From a virus (Duplodnaviria; Caudoviricetes), in the IMG/VR virus record IMGVR_UViG_3300016667_000431, positions 1 through 29,738 of that record: a stretch of 29,738 nt of DNA; one strand, 5' to 3'. A program made the position numbers and the translations under genes. Under the pieces are notes generated by a model. The model made no database searches and was not told the DNA's origin. It saw nothing but the letters and a program-made list of their open reading frames with translations. Below, piece after piece: positions 26,001-29,738 of the stretch. Within the stretch, counting starts at the first letter, position 1, and each line of letters opens with the position of its first letter.

Positions 26001-26633
26001 ATGAATCCAGATCTTAATAGCCTTTTTATTGGTAAAGTTTTATATGATAGTGATATATCAGATAAATCAAATGATAGACCTCTTGGTCGTGTACGAGTTC
26101 TTATTGAGGGTATATCTATGGGATCAAATACTAGGGAGGTTTATAAATATCCACTCGGTACAAACGTAGATAGTACTGTTAGTCAACAGACATACGATTT
26201 AGTAGGACAGGAGGTCTGGGCGTATGTATTACAGCCAATCATGGGAGAAAGTACAGTTGCAAAATATAACCCTTCTTCAGGTATTGCAAACGCATCAGAT
26301 GGTAATTATCCAGATAAGGTAGACGCGACTCCACCGTCTGCGCAATATCCTATAGGTGGGCTATCTGATGGGTTTATATCTAACTCTATTGGTACTGCTG
26401 GTATCAATGCAACAGGAGCTTCATATTATTCTGATAACCGCGCTAATTCAGCGAGAGGGTTATTCACAGTACCTGTAGTGGGCAGTACTGTATTAGTAAG
26501 TTTTATAAACGGTAGACGTGGCACACCAATTATTTTAGGTGTAATTTCAAGTGATGTTGGTGTTGCTTCTGTACACGGTGCTGGTGCAAATATATATCCG
26601 AGCTATCCACTCGCTTATAGTAACATAAAATAA
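26001..26633 (+). CDS. Baseplate spike N-terminal OB-fold protein (gp5-N/VgrG-like)
   Basis: LGRVRVLIEGI...WAYVLQP...VPVVGSTVLVSFING..GTPIILG. Confidence 0.75.
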   Translation: MNPDLNSLFIGKVLYDSDISDKSNDRPLGRVRVLIEGISMGSNTREVYKYPLGTNVDSTVSQQTYDLVGQEVWAYVLQPIMGESTVAKYNPSSGIANASDGNYPDKVDATPPSAQYPIGGLSDGFISNSIGTAGINATGASYYSDNRANSARGLFTVPVVGSTVLVSFINGRRGTPIILGVISSDVGVASVHGAGANIYPSYPLAYSNIK

Positions 26634-26637
26634 TATT

Positions 26638-27894
26638 ATGGGAGAAAATATTCAAATTAATAATGAAATAGAGAAGTCAACATATAGACACGAGACTGTA
26701 TGGAATAATACAGCGGGTACGTTAGTGTTTGATAACTCTACTGGTAGAGAAAATATTTCTATGGCTCATAGAAGTGGATCTAGTATTACCTGGTCTAATA
26801 AAGTTACAAGTGAGCTCAATACTAATAACAGACAGTCTCTAACGTTAGGTAATAATTATAACACAATAAATGGTGATAGTTTTGAGCAGTCTAGAAAGAA
26901 TATGGAGAAGAGATCTTTCGGTGACTTTACTCTCATAACTGGTAGTCCAAATTTCTTTACCAACACTGTAGCAAAAGACTATATCGAAAATAACAGAGAT
27001 ATAGCTACAGCTAAAACATCACCTGAGTTAAACTGTAGAGGTATAGGTAATAATTCGCAAGCAGAATACGTAGCTGGAAAAAATACTTCAAATTCTTCAT
27101 CAGGCGCTGTCGAAGGTGGTACTTATAGTAAGTCAACTACCCAGCAACATATCCAAAAGCTATACGAAGATAAGGTTGAAAGTAATGCAGATATAGAAAA
27201 GAAAATGGGAGTTGGTGGTAGTATAAAATTACTATCATGTAAACATGTCTTTATTCAAGCTGGTACGAATGCAGTTAATTATGACTCTGGTGTAATTATA
27301 CCAAACGCTAGACCAGTAACGCAACAGTATGATTTTGATAAGTCGTCTGGAAATGTCGTTGAAAAGAAAACAGCAATAGCTGTTTATGAAAATAAAGATA
27401 CTACCTCAACAATACCCTTTGGTGATATACATTTCTCATCCGCTAATAAACTTAATCTACAAGCTGGCGCAGGTGGTATAAGTTTACAGAGCTCTGGCGA
27501 AACAAAAATCGTTGGCTCAGGGCGGGTTGCAATTGGTGGTGCAGAAATTGCAATTGGTAGCTCTACAGGTGATAGTGCGGCTGGAAGAGTTACAATTGTA
27601 ACGGATCAGGATATATTTATGGAAAGTGATGTATTAATAACAATGCATAGCTCAAATGTTAATACAGTAGCTGATAGTCAATATACTATTGTATCTCCAA
27701 TGACATTAGCAACTGGTGATTGTCATATACAAGGTGATTTAAGAGTACAAGGTAATTTGTTTGTACAAGGTACAATATATGCTAACGATACTATTACATC
27801 TGCTGTTGATGTAATTGCTGGTGGGATATCACTTAAAAATCACACACACGGTGGTGTAACAAGTGGTAGTTCTACAACAGGTGTGCCACAATAA
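26638..27894 (+). CDS. Baseplate spike beta-helix protein with a gpV-type HxH apex
   Basis: FDNSTGRENISMAHRSGS (gp5-like), beta-helix repeats, C-terminal GISLKNHTHGGVTSGSSTTGVP. Confidence 0.75.
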   Translation: MGENIQINNEIEKSTYRHETVWNNTAGTLVFDNSTGRENISMAHRSGSSITWSNKVTSELNTNNRQSLTLGNNYNTINGDSFEQSRKNMEKRSFGDFTLITGSPNFFTNTVAKDYIENNRDIATAKTSPELNCRGIGNNSQAEYVAGKNTSNSSSGAVEGGTYSKSTTQQHIQKLYEDKVESNADIEKKMGVGGSIKLLSCKHVFIQAGTNAVNYDSGVIIPNARPVTQQYDFDKSSGNVVEKKTAIAVYENKDTTSTIPFGDIHFSSANKLNLQAGAGGISLQSSGETKIVGSGRVAIGGAEIAIGSSTGDSAAGRVTIVTDQDIFMESDVLITMHSSNVNTVADSQYTIVSPMTLATGDCHIQGDLRVQGNLFVQGTIYANDTITSAVDVIAGGISLKNHTHGGVTSGSSTTGVPQ

Positions 27895-27897
27895 CAT

Positions 27898-27930
27898 AAA
27901 AAGGGCGGTCTTAATAAGACCGCCCTTTTT
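27898..27930. terminator. Bidirectional terminator
   Basis: aaaaa-gggcggtctta-a-taagaccgccc-ttttt between convergent genes. Confidence 0.9.
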
Positions 27931-27935
27931 ATATT

Positions 27936-28565
27936 TTATACAATTTCGTCAACTAAGCCTAATTCTAAGCAAGTCGAACTATCAAACCATAAATCTCGTT
28001 TTAGGATTTCATCAATCTTCTTCATTGGAACCTTAGTGTATTCCTTGTAGATTGCTTTAATGGTTTGCATTAGATGAGCATTATTTTCCATATCATCTTG
28101 AAGCTCGGTATATTTACCATAAGAGCCAGCGGATAACTGGTGAATAAGCATCTTTGAATATTTACCGATATAGCGTCGCTTACAAGCTACTGAGATAATA
28201 GTAGCAGCAGAAGCTGCAGCACCTTCTACGTAAGAATGTACCTCACAACCTAGGTTACGAATAACATCAACAGTAGCTAAACCAGCAAAGAGAGAGCCAC
28301 CGTATGAGTTAATATGAAGTTTAATTACTGGTTTTGCATCAACAAAAACTCTCATTACAGAAAGTTTCTTATCGACCTCATGTAGAGCAGTGTTGAGCTC
28401 TAGCGCGTTTGCTTCAGTAATATCACCATAAAAGTAAATATTATTCTCGACAATACGCGTAACATTACCTCCCTGAACAGGCATACTGGCGTTAATAATT
28501 AGGGGTGGTTGAGATGCTGCTGGTTGAGCATCATCTTCTGAGTTTGTAATGTATTTCCATTTCAT
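27936..28565 (-). CDS. ClpP-like protease
   Basis: IYFYGDI, LHINSYGGSLFAG, GAAASAATII (Ser), MLIHQL (His), DLWFD..CLELGLVDEI. Confidence 0.85.
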   Translation of the reverse strand: MKWKYITNSEDDAQPAASQPPLIINASMPVQGGNVTRIVENNIYFYGDITEANALELNTALHEVDKKLSVMRVFVDAKPVIKLHINSYGGSLFAGLATVDVIRNLGCEVHSYVEGAAASAATIISVACKRRYIGKYSKMLIHQLSAGSYGKYTELQDDMENNAHLMQTIKAIYKEYTKVPMKKIDEILKRDLWFDSSTCLELGLVDEIV

Positions 28566-28571
28566 GGTTAA

Positions 28572-29738
28572 TTATCCTTCACAGGTTGCACAAGTAAGAA
28601 TTGATCGAGCTAACTCTTGCGCGGGGTTAGCAGAGCGTTGATAGTATAACGATTTAACACCTTCTTGCCAAGCAAAAATTAGAAGCTCGTTAACTTCTTT
28701 TGGCTTAGCAGTAGGTGGAATCATTAGGTTGAGAGATTGACCTTGATCAATAAACTTCTGACGAGCAGCAGCTTGAATGACAATCTCTTTTTGAGAAATT
28801 TCACCGAATGTCTTGAATACATCTTTCTCCTCTTGAGTTAGGAAGTTGAGGTGTTGTACTGAACCACCATGAGTAAGAATATCCTTCCACACTTCTTGTG
28901 TATCTTTGCCTTTCTCTTTTAGTAGCTTGGTAAGATAAGGATTACGGTAAGTAAACTTACCCTTTGCGAGATCCTTTACAAAGTAGTTACTATTGAGAGG
29001 TTCAATAGAAGGACTTACTTGTCCGAGAATAAACGAGCTCGAAGTAGTTGGTGCAATTGCAACTGTAGTGGAATTGCGGATACCGTACCCTTCTAGAAGG
29101 GGTGGTTCTCCAAATGTAGCAGCCAATTCACGAGTTGCTTTATCGCATTTCTCTTTAATGGTAGAGAAAATTTCGTGATTAATCATCTTTGCTTCCATTG
29201 ACTCAAATGGTACCATCTTAGATTGTAGTAGAGAATGCCAACCTAGAACACCTAGACCGAGTGCACGTTGATTTACGGCGAACTTATGTGGTGCTTCCAT
29301 GGACTTAACATCTTCTGTCTTGCTGATGAACTCAGTCATAACAGCATCAAGGAAATAAATGAGAGTTTCGATTGCATCCGTATCCTTAATCTCATCCCAC
29401 TTTTCTAGATTAAGAGAAGATAGATCACAGACGAACGATTCATCTTCATCAGTAGATAAAAAGATTTCAGTACATAGATTTGAAGCATTAATCTTTAGAC
29501 CTTTATCTTTATATACCTGTGGTGCGTTGTTATTAGCAGTATCAGTAAAAAAGATATACGGGTAACCTGATTCAAAACGCTTCTTAATAACCTGGCCCCA
29601 AACTTTACGCTTTTCTTTATCACCATCAACCATTGATTGCATCCATTCATCAGATACACAGACACCAATAGATAGATCTTGAATAGCATTACCTTCAGAA
29701 CGAATCTTAAGAAATTCTTCAATATCTGGATGATCGAT
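28572..29738 (-). CDS. nrdA: Class I ribonucleotide reductase large subunit, 5' end outside the window
   Basis: GYPYIFF, ASNLCTEI, AIAPTTSSS, IDQGQSLN, KSLYYQRS, C-terminal CATCEG; the frame stays open to the window edge (IDHPDIEEFLKIR...). Confidence 0.95.
   Translation of the reverse strand: MDHPDIEEFLKIRSEGNAIQDLSIGVCVSDEWMQSMVDGDKEKRKVWGQVIKKRFESGYPYIFFTDTANNNAPQVYKDKGLKINASNLCTEIFLSTDEDESFVCDLSSLNLEKWDEIKDTDAIETLIYFLDAVMTEFISKTEDVKSMEAPHKFAVNQRALGLGVLGWHSLLQSKMVPFESMEAKMINHEIFSTIKEKCDKATRELAATFGEPPLLEGYGIRNSTTVAIAPTTSSSFILGQVSPSIEPLNSNYFVKDLAKGKFTYRNPYLTKLLKEKGKDTQEVWKDILTHGGSVQHLNFLTQEEKDVFKTFGEISQKEIVIQAAARQKFIDQGQSLNLMIPPTAKPKEVNELLIFAWQEGVKSLYYQRSANPAQELARSILTCATCEG

Noticed and set aside
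2661-29722. Numerous short antisense or alternate-frame ORFs in the track (e.g. 2661-2897, 9483-9815, 10079-10444, 13769-14092, 21623-22006, 29495-29722)
   Set aside because: They lie wholly or largely within well-supported genes and show no motifs or expression signals, consistent with shadow ORFs
1-29738. Host assignment, and inference from restriction-site frequencies (GATC, GAATTC and GGTACC all occur)
   Set aside because: Lack of SD motifs and the deazaguanine genes hint at Bacteroidota, but TTGA/TATAAT promoters do not fit that phylum's consensus; site over- or under-representation needs a computed Markov expectation, which could not be run

Overview
An AT-rich fragment of a large T4-like myophage genome; no cellular genes, tRNAs or CRISPR arrays were seen. 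The + strand arm (1-15.4 kb) carries a DinG/XPD helicase and a rearranged head/neck module: gp15, portal gp20, gp13, gp4, gp21 protease, a small core protein, gp22 scaffold and major capsid gp23. Two free-standing Hef-like endonuclease genes interrupt this module, and each is followed by a relic second copy of the upstream host gene's 3' end. The - strand arm (15.5-25.3 kb) carries a trypsin-like protease, tail-fibre/adhesin genes and a four-gene operon: TGT/DpdA-like, PurN/DpdN-like formyltransferase, P-loop nucleotide kinase and QueF. This operon predicts 7-deazaguanine (formyl-preQ1-type) DNA hypermodification, possibly made at the nucleotide level. The window ends with a split gp5/gpV-type baseplate spike, a ClpP-like protease and a truncated nrdA. 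Many genes appear leaderless, with a TAAATA or TATAAT box 5-12 nt before the start codon. All calls come from reading motifs by eye; no searches were run.
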